DNA of 64,000 nucleotides from Lingula anatina (Eukaryota; Animalia; Brachiopoda): the NCBI GenBank assembly GCA_051362555.1, contig CM120641.1, positions 26,046,401 through 26,110,400 of the forward strand. Direction: 5' to 3'. Positions 53,401 to 64,000 of this stretch are shown piece after piece. The stretch's first letter is position 1. Each line of letters begins with the position of its first letter. Under the pieces are notes generated by a model. The model was not told the origin of the DNA. It saw only the letters and a program-made list of their open reading frames with translations, and made no database searches. A program made the translations under genes and the position numbers.

Positions 53401-56400
53401 CGATATACCGCAGCCAGGGCGAGAGAGTGTCAACTCCAGACCAGGATCACTACACCAGGTTGCATCAGCTACGGGAGCAGTTTCGCCATGCTAGTCGTAC
53501 AGCACAAGAAGCACCCGGCAGGAACAACAACCGGAGCAGCAGCCCCACTGTGCGTCGACGCTTACTGGCGTTCAACCGATGGTGGTCGTTGATGGCAACA
53601 TACCAGTAACTGCTCGTCACTACATAGATCAGAACCTGCAACCTCACATAACCTCGTTAATGCAGGAGAAAACTGATATCACCTTTTCCCAACAGGACAT
53701 GACCCGTTCACATTCGGGGTAGGGCATCCCAAGGGTGGATGGCCTACCCCGGCCTGTCTATTTTCCGGATATGAATCCGATTGAACACTTGTGGTACTAC
53801 ATATATCTTGGCCGTCCGTTGGCCAAGGCAGCAGCTGATCGAGGCACTACATCAAGGCTGGAATAGGATTCCACATGACACCATCCCATCCACATTTATT
53901 GCCCGAGCATGCGCCAACAGATCGCTGCCTGCATCGAAGCAAGCGAAGATCGTACCGGCTACTGACCGTTGTGACTTTGTGTTGGGCTGGGGCCATTTTT
54001 GTTTTGAAACTATTCATGAAACTTAAGATTTTTGGTTCTGTATACCAATGCCCTAAACAAATGATTCATATGAAAATAATCCAGTTTAGAGCTTCAGAAT
54101 AACAATTATGGCCTCAAAGATTTTAATGGCTGTCAGTATATAACCAAAAGATTTGTAGGATGTTTTGCTTATTGACTCTTAAAATGCAAAGTTAAAAAAG
54201 TGCACTAATAAGAAAAACCAGAAATGCTGTTATATACTGATGAAATATTCTTACACGTGCCAACCTCAATAAAAAGAATGGGAAGTTTTAAAGCTAAATT
54301 TCATGTACATACTGAAAAAGTTATGATAAAGATATGAAATTAAAATATTAAGGTATGAGCAATATAAAAACAAAAACGAAAAAAAATTATAAGGTTAATA
54401 TTTTTACAAAAATTAAATTAAATTACACTCACCCCCCCCCCCAACCCCCGTCTCCACCAACGGACTTAGTTGGACTCCATGTAAATATAAGTCCCGATTG
54501 CAGATTAACATTTTGGACTCCCTGTGCCCAAACCCCTGCAGAACCCCCTGTTGGCCCTTGACAAACTTTCTGTCTTAAAAAGAGAACTTACGCAATGGTC
54601 AGTCCTATCAATGATCCTCTTTTATAGAGTCTTAGTATAAGTTTACCTTACAAGTACACTTTGTCAATAAATAACAGGGTTAGATATATTTTATTATATG
54701 CCGAGTTATCAGTTAAAAACGTAATTTAACTGCTTTTTACCTTTCTTGGGCATGTTTTAGCGGTCATTTGAAATGCGGAATATCATGCACTTTAAACCCG
54801 ACTCTTTGCTGTGTTACACAATTATTTATTTACAATATAATGATATTATAATATATTTTTATATTATTGACGGCCATCTTGAATTTTGAAAATTGATCAA
54901 TGTTCCATATCTAGCCACTGCCAAGAAAGCCCAAATTAAATTGGCTTTTATACCCCCAAAGTGTTAAATTCTTTTTAAAAATTCAGGGAATAACATTCTA
55001 AGTATTTGACTATGGGATCCGGAGAAGTAGCAAACAGACTCTTGGGGGGGGGGGGTTACTGAACTGTCAGATAAGCTTATTCCAAGAGTTTCGGGTCATG
55101 ACTAACAAAATATTATAATTAACATAAATATAAAAAGGGGATATGTTTTTTATATAAAAATAAATATGCAAAAAACAAACTGATTCTGCCACTTTTATCA
55201 TTTTCTGCCTTATGTTTTGACGGCCATTTTGGTTTTTTGCTTAGTGGTACGCGATTAAGAGTATTCACTAGTACTGTTGTGCTCTCCTGATAGGAAACAC
55301 GTTCAAAAAAGCTGTCAATAAAGTTTACCCGGCGACTTCTGGTCGTTTTTCTATTTTTCGTCATAAATTGACGGCCATATTGAAAAATGCTCAAGGTCTC
55401 GGGAATAGCAACCAAGCTAATTTTGCTTCTCTCGGCCTGAAGAATGCATTTCAGCAAAAAAAGTTTACAGGAAAGAACATTGCAGGGTTCGACTATTGGG
55501 CCTATGGGAGTGGCGACTCGACTAAAGTTTTCAATCCCTAAGGGGGCAAGTCAATTGTTTAAACTGTCCAAAAGTCTACTCTTCGCAATTGCTTTTATTT
55601 TTGTTAATGGTTTTAACCTAACAGAACAGAATTAGATTGCAATGTGTCAAATAGATTTTGCCGCTCGCGGGACCCATGACTCCCAATATGTCATGTGAAA
55701 TGGATATCAATGTGAATTAAATAGTTTTATGCATGGATGTGCTGTACGTATAGGTATTTGCAATTCATTGTATTGAAGAAGGACATCAGAAATACTTTCT
55801 TATTTTATTCCTTGCATCCTTAAATCATTGTCGCTTTACACTTGCTAAGTGTTATTTGTAAATAATGGTATATGAAGGTAAAAGTCATTTGAAAATATAA
55901 AACCACATAAATTTCCCCCATCTTAGTTACGATTGATAATCAACAGTGTTCTATTCTAATACATCACTCACGGCTAATTGGACCCACGTGCCTTATTAAT
56001 ATCAGGTCCCTATTACCGCGTTCTAAATTGCACTGGACGTGCATTCTTAGAATTTTTTTTTTATGATGAAGCATATGTTTCGTGAGAAACGTTTTCTAGG
56101 CGACCTTATACTGTTAAAGCAGAATATTTTGCCGATGTACCATAAAAATTTACACAGTAATATTTAAACGTCATTCTACACAAATTATTATTTTTTTATT
56201 GTCACTCATTTTATTAGAATCTATTAACTGCTATATTGACAAGGCACTCCCGGCCTGAAACCCCTGAATGGGGAACAACAGTTTAAAAAACGGATGATGA
56301 AAGGAAAACGCTAGCCCAAACGCAATCTTTACATTTGTGAAGAAATATTGAATACTTACATTGTCTGATTGTTCTTCTGCGTGGCTGCAAAAGTACACCC

Positions 56401-56448
56401 CACAAACCACAGAGCCATAATCATTAGTACTTGCTGTAACCACGTCAT
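46966..56448 (-). CDS. Cys-loop ligand-gated chloride channel subunit 3 (glycine receptor alpha/GluCl-like), about 414 aa
   Basis: Exons 56448-56360, 51010-50952, 50643-50576, 50329-50094, 49800-49718, 48512-48381, 47929-47550 and 47163-46966 (89/59/68/236/83/132/380/198 nt) splice in frame. Signal exon MTWLQQVLMIMALWFVGCTFA...NNQT ends like that of subunit 1; Cys-loop CYMDLTNYPLDVQKC; loop C CSRVYAAGAFPC; M2 PARVSIGLLTVLT. Intron 1 is expanded by a transposon. Confidence 0.92.
50397..50461. repeat. Compound (TC)n(TA)n microsatellite
   Basis: Directly visible in intron 3 of channel 3. Confidence 0.9.
51591..55524. mobile_element. Non-autonomous long-TIR DNA transposon, Academ-like
   Basis: Termini TAGTCGAGT...ACTCGACTA. 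Imperfect inverted repeats at about 51591-52240 and 54866-55524. A 3-bp direct repeat AAG flanks it at 51588-51590 and 55525-55527. TAG termini, long TIRs and 3-bp TSDs fit the Academ superfamily, but that assignment is inference. Confidence 0.75.
53322..53960 (+). mobile_element. Decayed Tc1-family transposase remnant nested in the Academ-like element
   Basis: Fragments: RVSTPDQDHYTRLHQLREQF...PGRNNNRSSSPTVRRRL (HTH region), VVDGNIPVTARHYIDQNLQPH, FSQQDMTRSH (compare FQQDNARPH) and PDMNPIEHLW at 53765-53794 (compare SPDLNPIENLW). It is frameshifted and the first catalytic Asp region appears deleted. Confidence 0.8.
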
Positions 56449-59400
56449 CTCACAGTAAAATGGTGTCACTGTCCGGGTAAAGTCACCTCCTCGCGCACTT
56501 ATTGTGTATTTGGTAAACAACCTGTGTGGCAGCCTAGAAAGCACCAATATGAACAAAGGGATAAAAATTCTCTGTTAGATAACACCTAAAACACGTGCTT
56601 CAAATTATCTGCATGTAACAGCACTTTCTGAATCCAGGAGGTGAAATAGTGATTTGAAATCGTATTTAGAAAAAAATGTATGCAGTTGCAAAAAACAGAC
56701 CTTACCTTTGCTTACATTTATATATTTTCCTTGCGCGATGGTGGCAGAAAATACAAAATCACACACGATGGGCAATTTTGCAGGTATCAGACATTGTATA
56801 GTTACGTATAGTATCTAATCTTACTTTGTCACCATAGTTTAATGGCTGTCTTACGTGATCCATCAGACACGGTCATGTTGAGATGCAGTGAGAAATAAAG
56901 GAGAAGCTTGGACTTGATAGAAGTGCTGTTTTTCATGGTCAATTAACCACAAAAAGTACTTTTCGTAGTTTCTGGCGGCCGTTCAGTTATTGAGCACATA
57001 TTTCAGTGAGCACGGTTCCGTTATATATTGAACACATGTGAATGGTCTATTACTATATTTGCACAGTAGTACTACTGTACTATATCATTCCCATCTTCAC
57101 CTTTGAGTGAACTTAACAGGCAATGCAAAATTCAAGGTCTGATTCTACTAAGAATTTACCACATGTATACCCCTATGCGTGCGGGTCATGACAACTACCT
57201 ATACTGGGGCATGTTTGCAAATGCCTACAATTAGTTCCACGCCATTTAAAGATTCTGGAACTGGAATGAGTGTATACAGCTTCATGTGGATAAATGTATT
57301 AGCTGTATTCCTTGGACAAGAACAATCGCTATATTTGTGTACATTTCACTTTCGTTTTAATTTTTCGTCAAGACAATCCTAATGTTAATGCATATACCAT
57401 TCATATTCTGACTTTGTTTTGTCTAAGACCTTTTGTTATTGCGATATTCGCCGAAAGTATAATCTCTCTCTCTCTCTCTCTCTGTATTTGCTAGGAGTAC
57501 GGGTGCAATTTGAAAGCAAGGTAACACTTAACTTCATAATTAATTAAGGTATAATAATGTTTAATAACTATTTTACAAAAAAATATGTAGCTTGTTTTAT
57601 TCAGGAAAGGTTATATTAAGGGTGACCTTTGAAAATCGGTGATGTTTCGCCTTTAGCAGGAAAAAAAATGGATCCAAGTGAACAAAAACTGACTTAAGTG
57701 TAGATCCCTTCATAAACGTAATCAGACGAAGTTTCACTTTGTTGCAATGTGGAAACCACTCAGACGGGGTGGACCTGAAAGTTCTGTCGAATAAAACATT
57801 GCCAACGAATGAATAATTTTCAAATGAGCATCGATCATACGACACAGTAAACAATTGTTAACGTTGCTGTTGACATGCGTTCTTCTTGCATTCTCGTGAG
57901 CACACTCCTTGCGAGATAGCCTGCCTCGCAATTCTGGCTCATGATCAGAGAATTCAAACAATCGGGCCAAGTGCAAGCTATTGCCAACTTTTATCTCTGC
58001 CAGACTGTTCAGTTTCAGGTGGTCTTATTTTTTATTTGAGGCGAGTGGGTCTTATCGTTATCTGAACTGTCATCGTCGCAATTATCGATCCCTCGGAATA
58101 GCGGACCTACGGAATAGCGCACCCAATATGTTCATTCAAGTAGCTGAGACTGATTGTTAGTCACATTTCTAATAACCTCACGTTAGTAATAATAATATAA
58201 TAGTCAGTGATCGTAGCCAGCTAACGACCGTCTCACTGAGAGAGAACAGAGAAATTCAGCAGTTTCTGGAATTCAAACAGATAACAATCCAAATGACTTA
58301 CAAACTTTGAAAGCATATAACCTCAATTGACTATTCTTATTAAAACCCCAAAAGGGATTGACTATGAAATGCTTGAATCATAGTTCTTTTTCCTAAGTAA
58401 AAGAACTGCAAAGTATTTACAGAGATAGCATAATCATAATTCCTATACCAACTCTAAATGAAATCTCCACAAAGGCATCGAGTTCCTCATTCCACTTTTC
58501 TTTTCAGAATGAGGCAAATCAAATAACTTTTACTTTAGGCAAAGCATTTGCGGTAACATTCAAAAAGAATGCAGCTTCTATAGACTATATATATGCATCC
58601 TGTTAAAACTCATGATATGTCAAAAATAGGCTTTTAAACCGTGAAGCGATTGTAGCCCTAATGCTATCAATATTCATTTATTGATACTAAAAGGTGCACT
58701 TGTCTGATAACATCTTAAGTTTTCAAGTAAAGGAGGAAGTAAGACTAATGGCTTAATAACAGCATTAGATCGTTTTGGATTATTGTGTAGCAAATCATTA
58801 GGTAGTGGGTCTCTGAATTTAGAACTATTTAGAACTAAATTGTTTAACTAATAATAGCACAAGACAACGATTTCAAGTGCAGGGATGAGTAAAGATTTTT
58901 GAGAGTGAAAAATATTATTTTTTGAAGGTACAATCGAATCCCGGATAGAATACATTTAAGTATGGGAAAGGGGTGTCGTTCTCTTAAGATTTTTAAAAAG
59001 CAAAATGAGAGTAGTTCAGGAAATTTGAATTTATCGTCTTTTTAAAAAATACAACTTAGTTTCATCGACTGTTAATTGGCCCCAACTGGTCTATACAAAA
59101 CATTTAGGACATCTTCTAAAAAATCAAGGACATATCGCCATGACGATGACGATGGTCACGATGATGACGGTTGTGGTGATGTATTAATTTTGAAGAATAA
59201 TTGCCGCGCATTTCTTTTGATAGACAGTATGAAATGTGCTGTGGCATTTATTTTTGTACTTTCACTGAGACTTTGCTTCGTACTTTCTTGTACTCCCCAT
59301 ACGTTTTTATAGCAATAAACCATTTACATGTAACTACTCAATACTTCTTCAGTTGGGATGCCGCGAAGATTAAATGTTCTACGCGCGGATGTGTTCGATA

Positions 59401-62400
59401 TCCAGACTCGGTGGCGAGTTTCTGAGAACGACAATAGATAGGGTAGTAGAAGAACTAGAGGAAAATCACTTGGCGGAGATGGCTTATGACTAAACTCCAA
59501 GAGATGAGTCTTTTGTGGCAAACTAAGAACTGTGTTTAAATAGTAACAGCGAAGACATGTGGCTACGTGCCCCCGACAGACGAAAGAGGATACGTTTTTT
59601 TTTCAAAATTAAAAGAACGTGGATGATCGAAGCTGTGCTTCTGGGTTTTTTTTTTCAAATACACTTGACGAGACGGCTCTACAACATATCGTAAAAAGCT
59701 GCCTTGCCTACTTAAAAAAGTGACCAAACACGCAAAATTTGTATTAAGGGATTAATCAACGAACACTTTCAAATAAAATTATCTGAATAGTCTGTCAAAA
59801 CGCATGCTTTCGGTATAAAACTGTGCTAACAAGAAAAATGTTTACAGTATTATCAACGGTAATTATAAATACGGGAACAGATACTTACTACTTCTAAACC
59901 AAACAAATTGCATTTAATAAGAATAGTCCGACATGCTATATTTATATTAACTTCAATCAATGAATGATGGACTGCGACCCCGCAGTTCGTAGCTGAAGAA
60001 AGTGGTGGTGATGTTGGTGGTGGGGATGCAGCTCTTAATTTTAAGAGTTTGGTCAAACGTGAGGTATTGATAAATAAATGAATAAATGAATAAATAAATA
60101 AATAAATAAATATTAAGATCCGGAAATGGTTTCAAGCAAACTCAAGTCAACTCCAAAATGCTTGTATCTTATCATACATGCAGCTTACACAGGTTAAGAA
60201 GGTCACATATCCAAGAATCTGAAGAAATGCAGCTGCTCACGCTATTAGCAATACTTGGAATCCCGAAATCTTTCGACCATAGCAAGTGTACATGAGTTTT
60301 GGTGTGACTGAACTGTGAAAGACTTTGACTTATTCTTCGCCCCTTTCCCGATGCGACGCCTCCAGCCTTCTCGTCTGATTCTATCGCAACATGTTCTACA
60401 GGCACACAGAAATAGAACAGGTGTCCATTAAGTGTATCCGAGGTTTGTCCAATTCATAACAATGTCTACCCTGTACTAGCTAAACAAAGTCGATAGGGCA
60501 CAGACGGTTATACCCTTCTCGTATATACTCGTCTTGTTTATTAACGCCACCGTTTTGTCCAGGCGACTGGAATTTTTCTTATCATGTTAGGGGGAATTGA
60601 ATGGACACTATAATATCTCGACTAGATGGCTGCATAAATGGATTGTGTTGTGAAAATTGATTAAGACGAGTTGATTTAGTTAAGGTAAGGCAAATTAACA
60701 AAATTACACACCGTTTAGATTTATGATTAATTGATAAAAGGAAAGAATTTGAGTCGAATGAAGATTGATTGTTAATAAATTCCATTACATACTACAGTCG
60801 CTTAAGAGCAAAATCTCATTTTTATGCATTCGATATGAAGCGCTATTGTTAGTCTGCAAGCTTAAGAAAGCGTGTAATAATTACATCTTTTCGCACGATT
60901 AACTTTTGTCTTGGGGATACAAGCTGAGATAATTCACTGATAAAAAACTCATGTGGGTGAACTTTAGGGACGTCTTATTAAATATTACAATGAAGAACCG
61001 TTTCCTTTGGTTGTGTTTGTTTGAATATGAAAGCAATATTTTGGAATCCTTCGCTCGACACGCAAAAAATGGGGTGAGGAAGCAATTCGTCTTGAAAGGA
61101 AGTACGGGATAATCGGTATTTGTTGATGACTGTTTATGATGGATTTTATTGTGGCTGCCATCAGCACAAAAGAATAAAAACCGTTACTTGCACCACAGGT
61201 GCGCAATCCTAGTGGATACATAAACTATAGAACAGTCCTGATGCATCCGGAGACTTTGATTAATTACCTAATTTCGTGAGGGCGAAAGATATCTCTGTCG
61301 TTGCGTATATGCAGAATTAAGAGAGTGCTGGGAATCAATGGTTCTGATCTAGAAATTTCAATGGTATTGTCTACTGTGCACGCCGGGTTCTATTTGAGTG
61401 TTGGTATTTCATGACTGCAATAAGCATACATGGATTTAGAAACCCATATAAATGTATATAACATACTGTGTAAGCATTTTTCAAATTAAGACCATTACAC
61501 TGATAGGTCCACGGTTTTGTCGGGGGTGGGTTGGGGTGGGGGTCAGGGGATAAGGAGGCGTACGGATAAAAGAAACGATTGGACGCTCAAATATATTTTG
61601 AACATGCTCCATAACAATGTGGTATATCTCAACAGAAATTGTAAGTTAACCAATGTGGAAAGCATGATCATATGAGTACAACATAAACCTAATGCATTTA
61701 GAAAATTAAATCGCGTACGTGCGAATGAGTTAACTAGCTATGTTAATCAATAATCTAGCTTACCGCGTTGAAAGATTTTTATCTTGAAAATAGTTAGTGT
61801 CAGTATGCACGAGATTGCAACACCATGTAACTGTGTCCACCAAACCTTTGCTACAGGGATGGACACATCTGCAAGGTTGTCGGTCTCCAATGATCAGTTA
61901 AATTGGGCAATATCATCCGATTTACATTGGCAAATAACAAAAAATCTAACTGCCTTCTACTACCGATGTTTCACGTTAGATATCCTCTTTAAACCAAGAA
62001 ACATGTATCTCCTTACCTTTTTTCAGTTGTTTTTAGCCGTCGCCTTGAATACCCTTAGACCCGACAATCCCACTTGTTTAAATGCATGGTTTAGAAAAGA
62101 CCTCCCTTAACTACCTTTCTCTCTGCCTAGCTGGCCTCCAATAACGGTGGCAGCTAATCTACTGTATATGATTCAAGAAAGCACCGGGACAGGTTTGGCA
62201 TGCCAGTTTCTTAAACTGAGTGACTTTCATTGGACACATAGCAAGGTCACATGTTCAAATGAATATGTGCTTCTGGGCGTATCGAAAGCCGCATTTGCTC
62301 AGTCAATGATATATTACTTTGCTAAATAAGGAATTTGATTGGCATAGGCCAAGCGTCTTTGGTCCATCGCTATGTTTTTAGTACGTTTTAAATTCTAATT

Positions 62401-63873
62401 TATGATTCTAGTCTACACGTGACTCGTGCTGGCAACGACTGTTTTCTAAAACACTTTGCTAAACCTTAAGTACACACGTTTTTCAAATAAAAGAATTACG
62501 TTAAAAGAAGATAGAAGATTTTTCCCTCTGACCACACGCAATTTCATCTATTCCTGTATAAAAAATTACCAAATTGTATTCTAACGTATAAAGAGAATTT
62601 TGAAGTGCGTTCTTTTTAAGCACTTTTTTCTGTCTAAAGCAATTAAAAAAATCAGCATGCCAATTCATCCCAATTATATCGGTATATTTTGAAATTCCTG
62701 CTTGTATATTCTTACCGGTTGGGTCTCATACATGTATAATCCTATATACTTTTAACCAAACTTTTTACATAGGTAATTTGCATGTTTAAACAAAGGCATA
62801 TAAAAATTAACATTTTGGCATTTTAGATGTGAATGGGACTTTTTTCTATTTGCATCAATGTACTTGTAGGAGCACAGCATATAGTTTATAAAGTTAATAT
62901 CAGCTAATACTTATGTGGTTTGTGTTTTTCAACCATAACACAGAGACGAATAAGGTTCCAAAATTGTATCCGAAAAGCTGTTGAAATTGTGACAAAATCG
63001 TGAAATTTCAAGGAAAAAGGACGATTTATGATATAAATTTCATGCTGAACAAATATTCGCCTGAATTAAAAATGTGGGAAACTTTGTCGTTAAAATAATT
63101 TTAGTGTAATTTGACAAAATAAAGACTTAGTGACGTAATCTACACGGAAAAGTCCAAAGTCAGTAGGGTGGAATATTTTTCTAGTAATTTAAACCCTAAA
63201 TACAGTAGAGAGTGAGTTATTTCAAATTCATTTATATTTGTCCAGAAAACCAAAATGTTATAGAAGGTCTACCGCATATGAACTTCAGGTAACAGGCATG
63301 TCTGAAACACTAGGGAAAATAATCTCGAATTTGGTTTTGCTATAAACATTCCCTTCAATTTATTTCTTTTATTATCAAGGGGAGTATCTGTCGTTTTTTG
63401 ATAAGGCCTGATAAAGTTATCATTGATCTTGGAGGATAAATGGGCAGTAGAAATGGTCAATTCGATAAGCTTATTGAATATATATATATGGTTCAAATCA
63501 ATGGAGTGATCCCATATAAAGTTCAACTTCTCATTTGAGTATCCCGTGAATCTTCAATATTTATAGAGTATTAAATGGAATCTCCGAAGAAATATTCAAC
63601 ATTGATTAAAATCACCATGTCAAAGTGCTGGGTTGACCACAGCGGCCGTGATTGTTTAAAAATGGAAGCAAATAAAACTAGGCGGTGTCAATGGGAATCA
63701 GTCGCGTATTCTCGCACACCCCCACACTGAGTGAAGAGTAGCTCATCCTCAGGGACCCCATTCCTTTGATATCTATGACAATGTCCGGACCAACATGTAA
63801 AATTGTTACAAATAATCTTCATAATTTCAGCATAAAAATATCGACGACAATGTGTTAAATGTATTTAACGACT

Positions 63874-63896
63874 CCCCCCCCCCCCCCCCCCCCCCC
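63874..63896. repeat. Poly-C tract
   Basis: About 23 consecutive C. Confidence 0.85.
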
Positions 63897-64000
63897 GAAG
63901 GGACAGCCCAACCCCCATGCGCATATAAATTGGGACTGGCCCTTCCACATACCTGGCTTATCAATCTCGAAAGTTTTAACTTCTGCACTGTAATGATCTA

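Noticed and set aside
51572-55457. Similar ORFs at 51686 (+) and 55119 (-) containing SIFQYGRQF...
   Set aside because: Translations of the two TIR arms with no protein family features.
7334-56448. Naming the channels GLRA1-4 or GluCl, or treating them as alternative exons of one gene
   Set aside because: Orthology cannot be set by eye and key pocket residues differ. Each copy has its own signal exon, full exon set and stop codon.
58093-58122. Short direct repeat cggaatagcg x2 as a possible CRISPR-like array
   Set aside because: Only two 15-bp units, no spacers, and a eukaryotic context.
60172-60405. 77 aa - strand ORF with a nearby acceptor-like site
   Set aside because: No homology or partner exons found. 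It could be a UTR exon but I cannot support that.

Overview
AT-rich, intron-containing animal genomic DNA, most likely a marine invertebrate such as a mollusc (inferred from gene families and repeats). Hand splicing on GT-AG sites gives six protein-coding genes. (1) A CCDC85-family gene on the - strand with 5 coding exons; its last exon probably lies left of the window. (2) Three tandem - strand 8-exon Cys-loop anion-channel genes (glycine-receptor/GluCl-like, about 414-416 aa, PAR motif) with identical intron phases; all three lack the GlyR S129, Y161 and T204 equivalents. (3) Two tandem + strand 3-exon genes between channels 2 and 3, encoding small secreted proteins: signal peptide, basic Arg/Gly region, atypical Kazal-like domain and an acidic tail with a DDGSGE glycosaminoglycan-attachment-like motif. 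Repeats include a 3.9 kb Academ-like element (about 650 bp TIRs, AAG TSD) carrying a decayed Tc1 transposase, three TTAA-flanked MITEs, two other hairpin MITEs and microsatellites. A possible unannotated spliced transcript lies at 17.0-20.4 kb. No rRNA, tRNA or CRISPR was seen. All coordinates and alignments were done by eye.
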